Virus record (IMG/VR): IMGVR_UViG_2802429229_000003
From: a virus
Taxonomy: Duplodnaviria; Heunggongvirae; Uroviricota; Caudoviricetes
Strand: one strand, 5' to 3'
Length of the DNA stretch: 41,511 nucleotides
Positions 25,694 to 35,085 of the stretch are shown in pieces; positions within the stretch are counted from its first letter, which is position 1, and the number at the start of each line of letters is the position of its first letter. A program made the translations under genes and the position numbers. The notes under the pieces were generated by a model. The model did no database searches. It was not told the DNA's origin and saw only the letters and a program-made list of their open reading frames with translations.

Positions 25694-28600
25694 CTATGTA
25701 TCTGAGCCAAACATAGAGCGCCGCCTTGTTATTTTATAATAAGTGGGATTTTCATTATCCACCTCAAAATCAGAGAAGAAGTGGTTATCTCTTAATGCTG
25801 TTAATAAACTTTGATTAGTTGAATCAACTTCAATTTTAGGTTTGCCTCGCCCCAAAATTTTACTGAACTCCGATAAACCAAGCAGATCAAGATACTCTTT
25901 GCAAGTCGTCTTACTCAAATCCTTACCCGGCAACAAAGCGATTAGCAGTGCTATTTTATTCTGCATATTCAGTCCCTCTGCGACAAACAGGTTTTTTAGT
26001 AACGGTTCAGAAACATCATTAGGACTTGCTATCAATGCTGATATATCCTGTATTGCTCGACTCAAGATGAGCGACTGAGTAGAGGTTCCCCAAGTTTTAT
26101 AAGATGACGTCAAGATTAGAAGTTCATCTGGTTTAAAATTATTTTCTAAAATATAGTCATTAACGACCTGAGAGTAATTCTTACTATAAATAGCCAACGG
26201 AGTTTTAACAAACTCGAGTAGCTTAACTTTCAAATCATCATCAACTTTCCAAGAAAGTATTGATATAGCCTCATCCAAAATAAAGTTATCAATCGTCATT
26301 AATTCAACGTATGCCCTGATATTCTTATGAATATAATAGGAAAGTTGCTCTGAATAGTTATCTCGTATGAAATTAAGTGGCGCAACATTCATACGAATAA
26401 TATTTTTATCCACTAATATTTTGAACTTATCACTCGCGATATTACTAGCGCTAAAGGATGTTTTACAAATAATATTTAGTGAGCAAATTAATTTTTCATA
26501 TTTATCATTTGATAAATCATTACAGATAACAATCGATTTAAATAATTTACCTTTAAGCTCGTTATCAATATTAATATTTTGAAAATTCAGGTCTACATCA
26601 GTTCTATTGATAAATTCGATAAGTGAGTCATCCAGTCCATCAACATGTTCAAAATAAGAGACAATATTTTCCTCAGAGCACACTGCTCTATCTTTATCCA
26701 ACAAAGATGACCATAAAGATTCGCTCTCAACCTCACTCAGAGATGTCACGAAAGTTTGCAAAGCGTTTATATACTGGCCTTTTTGTTCATCAGATATTCC
26801 CTCATTATTAAGAACGGATAAAACAATGGATTCATCATCCACGATTGAACCATCACAACTAGATAAAACCATATCCAGATAGTCCCTAATATGGTTATTA
26901 ACATAACTAGCCAAGGGAGAATCAGGTTGTGACATCACTAGTGTATAGTTCTTATGGCGAATATCATCTTCACTATTAAGCGTGTAAACCTTACTCAGCA
27001 TTAAGGTCAGGTTGGAAAAATTAATATCATAAAGTGAATGCTGGTAAACCGCATCAAAGAGTACTTTATTTGCGTTTTCAAATTTAATACTGACAAAAGA
27101 GACGTTAAGCAACTTAAAACCACTAATTAATTTGTCAACCTTCGGTTCTGATATTGCTAAATAACCTGCCGAATCAGAGATGTAATCAGTCAGACAATCA
27201 TCAATATTAATGGCCTCGATGGCGTCATTGGCAGAATAATAAAACGTGCCTATAGAGTAGAGTTTAACCCAATCAGCAGAAAATTCACTCTCTGTCAGCG
27301 CATAAGAAAAAAACTCAGGCCACTGTGTATTTAATCGATTAATGAAGACAGGCTGAGCCCTCTCAGTTTCAAAGTAACCACGAATAAACTCAACTCTTCT
27401 ATCTTTTCTTAGTTGTTTGAATAAACGTTTTATTAAGTTTACCTGGGCTGGCGTTTGAAGCAGATAAGCTAATAAATCAAAATTAAGCGCCTCTTCCTGT
27501 TCAAAATCCACTTCTCGAAGGCGGGCAACGACCAGCTTGGGGTTCTTGAGTTGATAAGTGAACTCTTTGCCTTTTTGATCGGTAATGCTGCGTAAAAACA
27601 TCTTATCAATTCGACTCAGGCTATTTTCATAAAAATAGGTCATATAGTCGGTATAGGTTTCATCAATATAACCATCACGAATAAGGTATTTAAGCAAGTC
27701 AAAATACTCACTGCTTTTTATTTCATTAAAGTCTCTTTCCTCTCCAATTTCATTGGTATAGGTGAGTTTAAATATTTCATCAATGTTTTCTCTAGTTATT
27801 ACTTCTTTAAGTCTTTTGTTTCTAAAATCAACCAAACTTTCTCTTGATCTTGATATAAGCTCATTAATTTCTTCTATTTTACCATTAAATTTATTTTCAA
27901 CACTTTCTTTTCTAGCCGCCCTTCTCTTTGCTATATCAGCTTTCTCAGCCTGATTATAGTGAGGATGATTATTATATCTAGATAATTCCTTATCGTATAT
28001 AGCATCAACCTCCTGACTAGAGTTGAGTATTTCATCATTGATTGCCTCAATCTCTTTTTTTCTATCTCTAATATCTTTTTCTATTTTCTTTATTTCTTCA
28101 ATAATAAGGTTGTCTTTTTCACTAAATATGGTATAAACCATACCTTGATTAAGTTGCAACTCACTAAAATCTCTTGGGAAAATATTCTTATAGGCAATAA
28201 TGGCCAACATTTTATTACAGTCAAGTTCTGTCGTGTTTAATTTGTTATAATAAATTTGAAATTCGTTATAAATATTCTTCAATATTCTCATATCATCAAT
28301 ATATAAAGACATCCCTTGTAGAAATCTTTCATTGAACAACTTGAGAATACCACCACCATCAAAATGTGTGATAAACTGATCGTAAGAGTTAGAACTATCA
28401 ACAACAGGAATAACTGGAATGATATAATCAAAGAATTTGGTTCTATCCTTCGAAATGAAGATATCATCACGAAGCAAGTAAATAAAACGTAACGTCGATT
28501 TCTTGTGCCCTGCTGTGTCCCGTTGAATATTAACCAGTCTGTTAACCTCATGAAGACGTTCAAAGATGTTATTACTATTAAAACGGTCCATGTCTTCAAA

Positions 28601-29326
28601 AACAATGGCATCAGCATCAACGTTCTCGAAAAGGTACAATACTTCATTTAAATATCTATCGAAATAAGACTCGTTACTTTCTTCAAAAATCTCTATTTCA
28701 TTACCCTGTAAATTTATTTTCTTAAGAACATTACGATTCTTTTGGGTTTTTATTAACTTGTAAATGAAAATACAAGATAGGATAGTACATATAAACCCAC
28801 TAATTAAAAGCGTATCGTATTTAGTTGATAATGTAAGTAGTGTCTTTATATTACCTTCAGATAAAAGTGAAACAAACTTTTCCCACTTATTAAATAGCGT
28901 GATATGTAGTATCATAGCGATAAATAACACCGTAAAGATGGTGTTTATCACAATGTTGTTAGTTTTTATTTTTTTCTTTACTTTAAAATGTGTCTGGGGA
29001 ATATCATCAGCATTAATTTGGTGAATTAACTGGTTAAGAACTTTACCTTCTAACGCGGTTTCATTTATATCTTTACTTGGTTCATTAGTTTCAGCTTCCT
29101 CAATCGATCTGAAATGAGCAAGTGAGATATGAACAAACTTTATATTTGAATGACTTTTCTTATAGGATTCGATAAGACTACTTTTTCCTGCGCTATATTG
29201 CCCTGATATCGCAACATTTTTTAGATCGTTATTGGCAAAAACAAAATCTATCGCATTTTTATATACACCCAGCTCAACATCGCTGAACGGCGTTAACTTT
29301 TGAAATTTATAGCTATCATCACTCAT
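25694..29326 (-). CDS. KAP-family P-loop NTPase, 1210 aa, with two transmembrane helices inserted between Walker A and Walker B; AT-rich moron
   Basis: Walker A GQYSAGKSS (aa 42-50, nt 29177-29203); hydrophobic helices at aa ~123-145 and ~172-192; Walker B DAIVFEDMDR (aa 239-248, nt 28583-28612); about 950-aa C-terminal region with a coiled-coil-like stretch. RBS GGGAAGGGA before ATG at 29326. Sampled lines about 25-30% GC. Confidence 0.8.
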   Translation of the reverse strand: MSDDSYKFQKLTPFSDVELGVYKNAIDFVFANNDLKNVAISGQYSAGKSSLIESYKKSHSNIKFVHISLAHFRSIEEAETNEPSKDINETALEGKVLNQLIHQINADDIPQTHFKVKKKIKTNNIVINTIFTVLFIAMILHITLFNKWEKFVSLLSEGNIKTLLTLSTKYDTLLISGFICTILSCIFIYKLIKTQKNRNVLKKINLQGNEIEIFEESNESYFDRYLNEVLYLFENVDADAIVFEDMDRFNSNNIFERLHEVNRLVNIQRDTAGHKKSTLRFIYLLRDDIFISKDRTKFFDYIIPVIPVVDSSNSYDQFITHFDGGGILKLFNERFLQGMSLYIDDMRILKNIYNEFQIYYNKLNTTELDCNKMLAIIAYKNIFPRDFSELQLNQGMVYTIFSEKDNLIIEEIKKIEKDIRDRKKEIEAINDEILNSSQEVDAIYDKELSRYNNHPHYNQAEKADIAKRRAARKESVENKFNGKIEEINELISRSRESLVDFRNKRLKEVITRENIDEIFKLTYTNEIGEERDFNEIKSSEYFDLLKYLIRDGYIDETYTDYMTYFYENSLSRIDKMFLRSITDQKGKEFTYQLKNPKLVVARLREVDFEQEEALNFDLLAYLLQTPAQVNLIKRLFKQLRKDRRVEFIRGYFETERAQPVFINRLNTQWPEFFSYALTESEFSADWVKLYSIGTFYYSANDAIEAINIDDCLTDYISDSAGYLAISEPKVDKLISGFKLLNVSFVSIKFENANKVLFDAVYQHSLYDINFSNLTLMLSKVYTLNSEDDIRHKNYTLVMSQPDSPLASYVNNHIRDYLDMVLSSCDGSIVDDESIVLSVLNNEGISDEQKGQYINALQTFVTSLSEVESESLWSSLLDKDRAVCSEENIVSYFEHVDGLDDSLIEFINRTDVDLNFQNINIDNELKGKLFKSIVICNDLSNDKYEKLICSLNIICKTSFSASNIASDKFKILVDKNIIRMNVAPLNFIRDNYSEQLSYYIHKNIRAYVELMTIDNFILDEAISILSWKVDDDLKVKLLEFVKTPLAIYSKNYSQVVNDYILENNFKPDELLILTSSYKTWGTSTQSLILSRAIQDISALIASPNDVSEPLLKNLFVAEGLNMQNKIALLIALLPGKDLSKTTCKEYLDLLGLSEFSKILGRGKPKIEVDSTNQSLLTALRDNHFFSDFEVDNENPTYYKITRRRSMFGSDT

Positions 29327-29732
29327 TGATATCCCTTCCCAATCTTCACCGAGAGAGCTGGCTTTCGGAGTTAATCAAACAAAATCATGCAGATAAAATT
29401 TCGCCTTATTATAGCAGACACAACTGCAAAGATTAGCTAAAGCCTCGTTGTTTTCTTCATCTATCCCTATAATTTTACACTACAGTTAGCACTTACTATA
29501 CCTGAAAGCTTTGCTCGTAAAGAGCACAATCGCAAGTCAGCAAAGCACGACTTTGCAATCGAGCGCCGCTAAAACAGTGCTGAATCGCTACGACTTAGGC
29601 AGCCATCTTATCGGTTGGCAGATAATTTCTAACTTCCGCTTCTGGCACAAAGCGGACAACCACGCTAGCTCTCCCCTGTGCCAGAAAAATGTCAATTTAC
29701 ATATGAACTAATGCTCTTTGATCTAGTAACGT

Positions 29733-30149
29733 CTATAAATACCGAAGATTTCCTTGATAAAATGCCAGTACACGTTTCATAACTTCACTCTTCCGGCACT
29801 CGCGACAGATTATGTTCTGACGCCTGTCATAGCGGCGTATTTCTCCGTCTGGTAATGACCAGATAAGGTCAGGATCAACCACAACCGTTTTTTTCACCTT
29901 TGCCCTGGATAGTTTTTTGCGGGCGTTTTTCCAATCCTTACGAGCCTGTTCAGACGGGAATAACCCATAGCCAGAGTTGTATACATCGCCACTGGCAACC
30001 AACTCTCTGGCAAGAATGCTCATCAGATATCTTGTCGCACCTGTCTTGGCCTCCAGTTGCCTTAACGTCTCGCGCCCACTCTGGCGTACCAACTCAACAA
30101 CCTGCTCCTTAATTTTTTCACGCTCTTCCTGTGTAAAAACTTTTGCCAT
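29733..30149 (-). CDS. Hypothetical protein, 138 aa, possible winged-helix DNA-binding protein
   Basis: ATG at 30149 with GGAGG RBS; no counterpart recalled in K-12 Rac. Confidence 0.5.
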   Translation of the reverse strand: MAKVFTQEEREKIKEQVVELVRQSGRETLRQLEAKTGATRYLMSILARELVASGDVYNSGYGLFPSEQARKDWKNARKKLSRAKVKKTVVVDPDLIWSLPDGEIRRYDRRQNIICRECRKSEVMKRVLAFYQGNLRYL

Positions 30150-30164
30150 AAGCGCCTCCGGCAA

Positions 30165-30926
30165 TCACTTTTCCGACACAATACGACTGGAGGAATCGAC
30201 AATCTGTCGGACAATATCCCGGTGCTTGTTCAGCTCCCGCAGCGCGGCGCAGACTCGCTCCCACTTCTGGACATGATTTTTCGCCCGACGCAGTTCGCGG
30301 TTTGCCATATGCAGCGATGGTAAAACTAGGTCATCCGCTTGCGTTTCAGTAAACGATGGCAGCGACTGCACAATGTCCGCCACAGTTTCTGTTTTAATAT
30401 CTTCCTGTGTTGCCGCTTCCTGTACTGGTAACGCAACACCGGCTGGCTGAGGAAAGGCTTTACCATCAGTTTCCGCTACCGATGCAGCTTTCGGCTCTGC
30501 TGGTAAATTATCGCCCGGCATGCAGTAACGAAATTTACCGTTCTGGTTTACGCGAATCAGGCGTCCTTTGCTGATTGCCATTGCCAGCGTTGAAGCAACT
30601 TTGCGGGATGTTGTACCGAACAGCGTAGCCAGTTCATCCGCCGTTTGTGGTCCGCGTTGTTCAATCGTCGCGGTTAAATCGCACTCTGAGATTTTCACTA
30701 CAGTTGCCGTGGTGGTTTCTTCCGGCAGTTCTGCCTGCATTGGCTGTTCCTGCTGAACGTTGTTATCAGCCACACGCCAGGTGTACGCGCTTTTATCAAC
30801 GAAACCAGCTTTTTTCAGTTCCCATAGTTCGTTCAGCACTTCTTCACGACTGATATCAAGTCGCGCAGCAAGTTCTATGGATGTGGCTTTTCCCATTGCT
30901 TTCAGTGCGTCAAAAACAGTCTCCAT
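30165..30926 (-). CDS. YdaW-position protein, 253 aa, two winged-helix-like segments
   Basis: ATG at 30926 with GGGAGGAAA RBS; N-terminal [28 protein letters not shown] and a second similar segment; follows the ydaV-like gene. Confidence 0.5.
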   Translation of the reverse strand: METVFDALKAMGKATSIELAARLDISREEVLNELWELKKAGFVDKSAYTWRVADNNVQQEQPMQAELPEETTTATVVKISECDLTATIEQRGPQTADELATLFGTTSRKVASTLAMAISKGRLIRVNQNGKFRYCMPGDNLPAEPKAASVAETDGKAFPQPAGVALPVQEAATQEDIKTETVADIVQSLPSFTETQADDLVLPSLHMANRELRRAKNHVQKWERVCAALRELNKHRDIVRQIVDSSSRIVSEK

Positions 30927-30948
30927 AAAAATTTCCTCCCGGTAAAAA

Positions 30949-31695
30949 TTACTTCTCAATTCCTGGCTGGACGACATTCGGACGCCAGCTCTCCCAGTTA
31001 AAATTCACCCATCGCCCGCCGTTCATGGTCATGCGATCCATAATCCGCTCGCCGAGCAATGTTTTCATGGCCTCATAGTTCAGGTTTGTCAGCATCCCCA
31101 CGCTGCGCATCGACGCTGTCCGGCGATCAACAATCTGGTGCAGCACCACCTGCTCGTTTTTCGTCTCGCGCTGAATGCCAATTTCATCAAGAACCAGCAG
31201 ATCCACTTCGCATAGTTCCCGCAAAAATTTTTCGCCTGACTGCCCATCGTCATAGCTGGCGTGCAGGGCACTCATAACATCAGCCACGGTAACCACAATC
31301 ACTGTCTGACCGTCTTTCAGCAGGCGATTCCCGATAGCTGCCGCTAAGTGGTTCTTCCCGGTACCAGGTTTTCCGCTGAACGCAAAATTTGTACACCCGG
31401 TCATCAGTTCATCAGCGATGGATTTCGCCTGACTCAACGCGTATCGCTGCGCTTCGTTCTGCACCTGGTAATTCGAAAACGAGCATTTGCGGTGCAATGG
31501 CTGGATGCCAGAGCGATTCAGAATTTTTTCCACCCGCAACTGACGATTCTGACGGTTGATCTCCTCACAACGTTTCTGGCCTTCGGAAAGTTGCCACTCG
31601 CGCCACTCCGCTACCGTCTTGAATGGCGCGGTTACATGTGACGGGGCCAGTCTGCGGATACGTTCAAGAACGTCGCCTGTCGCAATATTTTTCAT
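30949..31695 (-). CDS. ydaV: DnaC/IstB-like replication helper ATPase (YdaV-like)
   Basis: Walker [16 protein letters not shown] and Walker [10 protein letters not shown]; 248 aa; position after the replication initiator. Confidence 0.8.
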   Translation of the reverse strand: MKNIATGDVLERIRRLAPSHVTAPFKTVAEWREWQLSEGQKRCEEINRQNRQLRVEKILNRSGIQPLHRKCSFSNYQVQNEAQRYALSQAKSIADELMTGCTNFAFSGKPGTGKNHLAAAIGNRLLKDGQTVIVVTVADVMSALHASYDDGQSGEKFLRELCEVDLLVLDEIGIQRETKNEQVVLHQIVDRRTASMRSVGMLTNLNYEAMKTLLGERIMDRMTMNGGRWVNFNWESWRPNVVQPGIEK

Positions 31696-31701
31696 GGTCA
31701 G

Positions 31702-32559
31702 TTACCCCCTGAAGCCTGGCGGGATCGCACTATCCGGTAACGAGACGGTGTTAACCTGTCGGAGTAACGTCTCAGGTCGAACACCTTTCGGCGCGAACAA
31801 GCCCTGGTATTCATTGGCGATGCTGTGTCGAATCACCTGCTCAGGTGAAAAACCCTGCTGGCGGAATTTTTCCAGCTCCCGTATCGCCCCGTTAGCGCCC
31901 TGCTCCGTTCGAATCGGTTTTCGCAATGCCTGGCGAAATTCAACCCACTCACGCCAAAGCGAGACAGAAATCCAGTTCGGCAAAGCAATATCCAGAGGGT
32001 CAAACTTTTTGACACCTCGATTCCCCCGGGGGGGATTTAGGGGGGGATCTGTTTTTAGATCTTTATCTGTATCTTTATTAGTTGCCTTTGTGTTGACATC
32101 ATGTTCAAACACCACTTCAACATCTGTTTGAACACCTGTTAAATTTCTCTCTTGTTTTGTTTGAACATCTGCTTCCTTTCTGCTTCTTCTGGCCTGAACA
32201 GATGCTTTTCCTGCGGCTGATTTTTTGGTTAATTTTTCCCTGACTGATGCCAGATCTTCCTCAATCCGAAGATGCACCCATTCCTCGCCGTTATCGCAAA
32301 AAAACTCCTGCAAGGATGGTTCAACATCAGCCCATCGCTCGTTAGTCAGACGGGCAATTTTTGCCAGCCTGTTTTTAGGTATTGGCTTTCCTGTTTGCCA
32401 GTAATTGAACATCAGCAACAAATACGCACCATGCTCCTCTGCTGACAAATGCATGGTGTCAGCCAGGTAATCAGCTATGTACAGTTGCATGTATGGTAAT
32501 GCGGCCATAATTGCCCCGTATGATGCTGCCCGGTGGCTTAGAATAAGCACAAACAGCAT
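31702..32559 (-). CDS. ydaU: Replication initiation protein (YdaU-like)
   Basis: 285-aa ORF, same length as YdaU as recalled; upstream of the DnaC-like gene. Confidence 0.65.
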   Translation of the reverse strand: MLFVLILSHRAASYGAIMAALPYMQLYIADYLADTMHLSAEEHGAYLLLMFNYWQTGKPIPKNRLAKIARLTNERWADVEPSLQEFFCDNGEEWVHLRIEEDLASVREKLTKKSAAGKASVQARRSRKEADVQTKQERNLTGVQTDVEVVFEHDVNTKATNKDTDKDLKTDPPLNPPRGNRGVKKFDPLDIALPNWISVSLWREWVEFRQALRKPIRTEQGANGAIRELEKFRQQGFSPEQVIRHSIANEYQGLFAPKGVRPETLLRQVNTVSLPDSAIPPGFRG

Positions 32560-32571
32560 GGAAACTTTTGC

Positions 32572-32994
32572 TTAATGAACAATGACAGAATCGTCGGAAG
32601 ACCCGCCGCCGCTGAAATGCGCTTTCCGGTAAACGGCTTGGACTGCATCATCATGCGCATCAATTGCCGTACTTAACGCTTCCTGCGCCGCCAGTAATGC
32701 ACGGCGTTCCAGGGTATCGAAGATGCAGAGTCGGTGACGCAGCTCGCGCGGAAGGATTGCCAGAATTGCTGGGATCAGCTTCTGAATTTTTTCTCTTTGC
32801 GTTTTCGTTTCACCTTTCAACCAACGGTGATAGATATTCTGCTGATTATTCCAGTCCTTGCCTGGTACCAGGGGCAATTCGCCGCCCCCCTGGCGCAGAT
32901 ATTCTTCAGTAATGGCATTGGCTACCCATGCCTGCCCTTTTTCGGCTGCCAGGGCTAACAACACTGACTCGATGTGCTCATGCTTGATTTTCAT
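32572..32994 (-). CDS. ydaT: YdaT-like protein (reported cell-division-inhibiting toxin of Rac), 140 aa
   Basis: Size and position after the Cro-like gene, as in the Rac immunity region. Confidence 0.6.
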   Translation of the reverse strand: MKIKHEHIESVLLALAAEKGQAWVANAITEEYLRQGGGELPLVPGKDWNNQQNIYHRWLKGETKTQREKIQKLIPAILAILPRELRHRLCIFDTLERRALLAAQEALSTAIDAHDDAVQAVYRKAHFSGGGSSDDSVIVH

Positions 32995-33245
32995 GAATCA
33001 ACTCCCATCAGCTTTTTCGTAGTAGTTTTATTTCTGCCAATAGTTAAAATTACATCAGCAGAAAATAATCCGTTTGATGCATGAGCGATTTTTTCAGCGT
33101 AATTTGTTTCGCCGGTATATTCTGTGCGAGGCAATTTTCCGTTATCCATCCATTTGTAGATTGCTCTTTGGCTGACACCACAAACGTCGGCCACAACAGA
33201 AACGCGAACAGTTTTGATTACATCTTCAAGTGTTTTCTGGTTCAT
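32991..33245 (-). CDS. Cro-like HTH protein (YdaS-position), about 84 aa
   Basis: ATG at 33245 with GAGGGUGAU RBS; HTH VSVVADVCGVSQRAIYKWM; divergent from the repressor gene. Shorter than the 98 aa I recall for YdaS. Confidence 0.55.
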   Translation of the reverse strand: MNQKTLEDVIKTVRVSVVADVCGVSQRAIYKWMDNGKLPRTEYTGETNYAEKIAHASNGLFSADVILTIGRNKTTTKKLMGVDS

Positions 33246-33260
33246 ATCACCCTCACAATG

Positions 33261-33304
33261 TGAACTTTGAGTACATGCTATAACAGAACTGACAGTACAT
33301 TCAA
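33261..33304. promoter_or_regulatory. Candidate rightward operator region: two 16-bp direct repeats sharing GAACT and AGTACAT
   Basis: TGAACTTTGAGTACAT (33261-33276) and AGAACTGACAGTACAT (33285-33300) in the 79-bp divergent region between the Cro-like and repressor genes. Confidence 0.45.
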
Positions 33305-33324
33305 GAGCGAATATCATTGAACTT

Positions 33325-33744
33325 ATGGTTCATGAAGATAAAGCGCGTAAAGAGTTCGCCAGTAGGCTTGCGCTAGCCTGTGAAAACGCTGGTTATGAAC
33401 AACATGGAAGGCAGGCAGAAATTGCCCGTCGAATGAAATTAACACCAAAAGCGGTTAGCAAATGGTTTAATGGCGAAACAATTCCTCGCCGAGAGAAATT
33501 AAGGGAATTAGCAACACTCATTGGAACAACACCAACCTATCTTTTGGGAGAGGATACAGAAGAAAGTGGACAGGTACGTTTCTATCAGGAGTTAAATCCA
33601 AGACAAAAAATCATCATTGACCTTCTGGACGAGCTCCCTGACAGTGAGACAGATGAACTTTTAAAAACTCTTGAGGAGAAAAAACAGAAGTACAATGCAA
33701 TTTACGAAGAGCTAGCACGAAAGAAAAAACAAAAAGCCTCTTAA
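33325..33744 (+). CDS. racR: CI-type prophage repressor (RacR-like), 139 aa
   Basis: XRE-family HTH QAEIARRMKLTPKAVSKWFNGETIPRREKLRELATLIGTTPTYL; divergent from the Cro-like gene. Confidence 0.65.
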   Translation: MVHEDKARKEFASRLALACENAGYEQHGRQAEIARRMKLTPKAVSKWFNGETIPRREKLRELATLIGTTPTYLLGEDTEESGQVRFYQELNPRQKIIIDLLDELPDSETDELLKTLEEKKQKYNAIYEELARKKKQKAS

Positions 33745-33818
33745 ACCAGCATAAATCCGGTAGCGTCCCCCTCCGGGTTTGTGCTTCACTTTATCCCATC
33801 TCATTTTTTTACACACAA

Positions 33819-33866
33819 AATGTACTTAAAGTACTTTACACAATGAACACAAAGTACATTATATAC
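33819..33866 (+). promoter_or_regulatory. Candidate early-left promoter with operator copies (AGTACAT motif x3 and GTACTTAAAGTAC palindrome)
   Basis: ATGTACTT, AAGTACTTT and AAGTACATT within 45 bp; -35-like TTTACA (33835-33840) and -10-like ATTATA / TATATA 17-19 nt downstream. Confidence 0.4.
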
Positions 33867-34033
33867 CTACCAACCCACCCCGCCCCACAGAACGCAGGGC
33901 AATACTTCGAGTTACCAGGCAGTGGTCAGGGGTTAAGTAGCCAGCCCGAGGCGTATGAACATGACGGCAGGGTTCAGATTTTGCAGTGCAGCAGGTTTCA
34001 GTTCCGCCACCCGGCGTTAAGGGGAGAGATAAG

Positions 34034-34168
34034 ATGGTGCATTACGAAGTAGTTCAGTATTTGATGGATTGTTGCGGTATCACTTACAACCAGGCTGTGC
34101 AGGCTTTACGCAGCAACGACTGGGATCTCTGGCAGGCAGAAGTCGCTATACACAGCAACAAGATGTGA
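34034..34168 (+). CDS. ydaG: YdaG-like small protein, 44 aa
   Basis: ATG at 34034 after GGGGAGAG RBS; MVHYEVVQYLMDCCGITYNQAVQALRSNDWDLWQAEVAIHSNKM; same length as Rac YdaG as recalled. Confidence 0.55.
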   Translation: MVHYEVVQYLMDCCGITYNQAVQALRSNDWDLWQAEVAIHSNKM

Positions 34169-34178
34169 GATTCGCAAA

Positions 34179-34334
34179 ATGCAAAAAATCGACCTCGGCA
34201 ACAACGAATCCCTGGTGTGCGGCGTGTTCCCCAACCAGGATGGAACGTTCACTGCCATGACGTATACCAAAAGCAAAACATTTAAAACCGAAACTGGTGC
34301 GCGCCGATGGTTGGAGAAGCATACAGTAAGCTAA
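34179..34334 (+). CDS. ydaF: YdaF-like small protein, 51 aa
   Basis: ATG at 34179; MQKIDLGNNESLVCGVFPNQDGTFTAMTYTKSKTFKTETGARRWLEKHTVS. Below the ORF track cutoff. Confidence 0.5.
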   Translation: MQKIDLGNNESLVCGVFPNQDGTFTAMTYTKSKTFKTETGARRWLEKHTVS

Positions 34335-34819
34335 CGATTAAAACGTCTACTCCTGCTGTTCCAGAATAACTTCATAAAATGGGAGTATTTTTCGGTGACG
34401 AGATAATAAGAACAGTTTGCGCTATCACTCTGATGTTGAATGATGCCCTTCCGTTCTAATTTTTTCATAACCGGGTTACGGCAAGGAGAAGTGATAATAA
34501 GATTTCCTGTTTTAAGGAAATCTTTAAATACAGCGATTTCTTTCTCAGATAAACGAAGCAATACTCGTTGCTCTGGTAGTAATGAATAATGCTTTTGAAT
34601 ATGTGCTCGCAATCTTGAGAAGGAAATGGCGACCACGAAAGAAAAGGCAAAAACGATAATCTGAAAGAGCCAAGGTATTTCAGTATAAGCATTGAATGCG
34701 ACAGTAAACTCTTTCGGTATCAGCCAGAGAGTGAGACCAAAAATGATAATCGTATACATAAGTATTTCGAGTGGCTCGTTAGCAAAAAGTTTCAACAATG
34801 GAGTAAATACATCCAACAT
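34331..34819 (-). CDS. sieB: Superinfection exclusion protein SieB, 162 aa
   Basis: ATG at 34819 (MLDVFTPLLKLFANEPLEILMYTIIIFGLTLWLI...); two N-terminal hydrophobic helices; length matches Rac SieB. Confidence 0.8.
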   Translation of the reverse strand: MLDVFTPLLKLFANEPLEILMYTIIIFGLTLWLIPKEFTVAFNAYTEIPWLFQIIVFAFSFVVAISFSRLRAHIQKHYSLLPEQRVLLRLSEKEIAVFKDFLKTGNLIITSPCRNPVMKKLERKGIIQHQSDSANCSYYLVTEKYSHFMKLFWNSRSRRFNR

Positions 34820-35037
34820 ATCAATAACTCTCAACTGTAAGGGTATTGAAATGTTAACACAAGCTCTCGCTGTAGGGGTATAGCCGAGACCACCGAAGCC
34901 CGGAGGTGGTGAAATAAAACCGGGCACAACACGAAGGCGCATTTCCGATATCCATAAAGAGTCGGTCTTGTCTGTTAAATTTAAATGGTGGGAGTGCGCC
35001 TCCGGTTGTAAATAACGACATTGCTGTGTGTAGTCCT

Positions 35038-35085
35038 GGCGGCATCAGTTTTTTTCTTGAAGTTCGGCTGATGTCCGCCCTTTTT
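35038..35085 (+). terminator. Plus-strand terminator-like hairpin between sieB and kilR (11-bp bulged stem, 19-nt loop, then CUUUUU)
   Basis: GGCGGCATCAG (35038-35048) pairs with CTGATGTCCGCC (35068-35079) with one bulged T; followed by C plus T5. Confidence 0.35.

Noticed and set aside
25694-29326. Alternative reading of the 1210-aa protein as an SMC, ABC or AAA+ ATPase
   Set aside because: The two hydrophobic helices sit between Walker A and Walker B, which fits the KAP architecture and not those families; no ABC signature (LSGGQ) seen.
33759-33800. Weak hairpin plus T-rich tract after the repressor gene as its terminator
   Set aside because: Only a 4-5-bp self-complementary CCGG stem; too weak to call.
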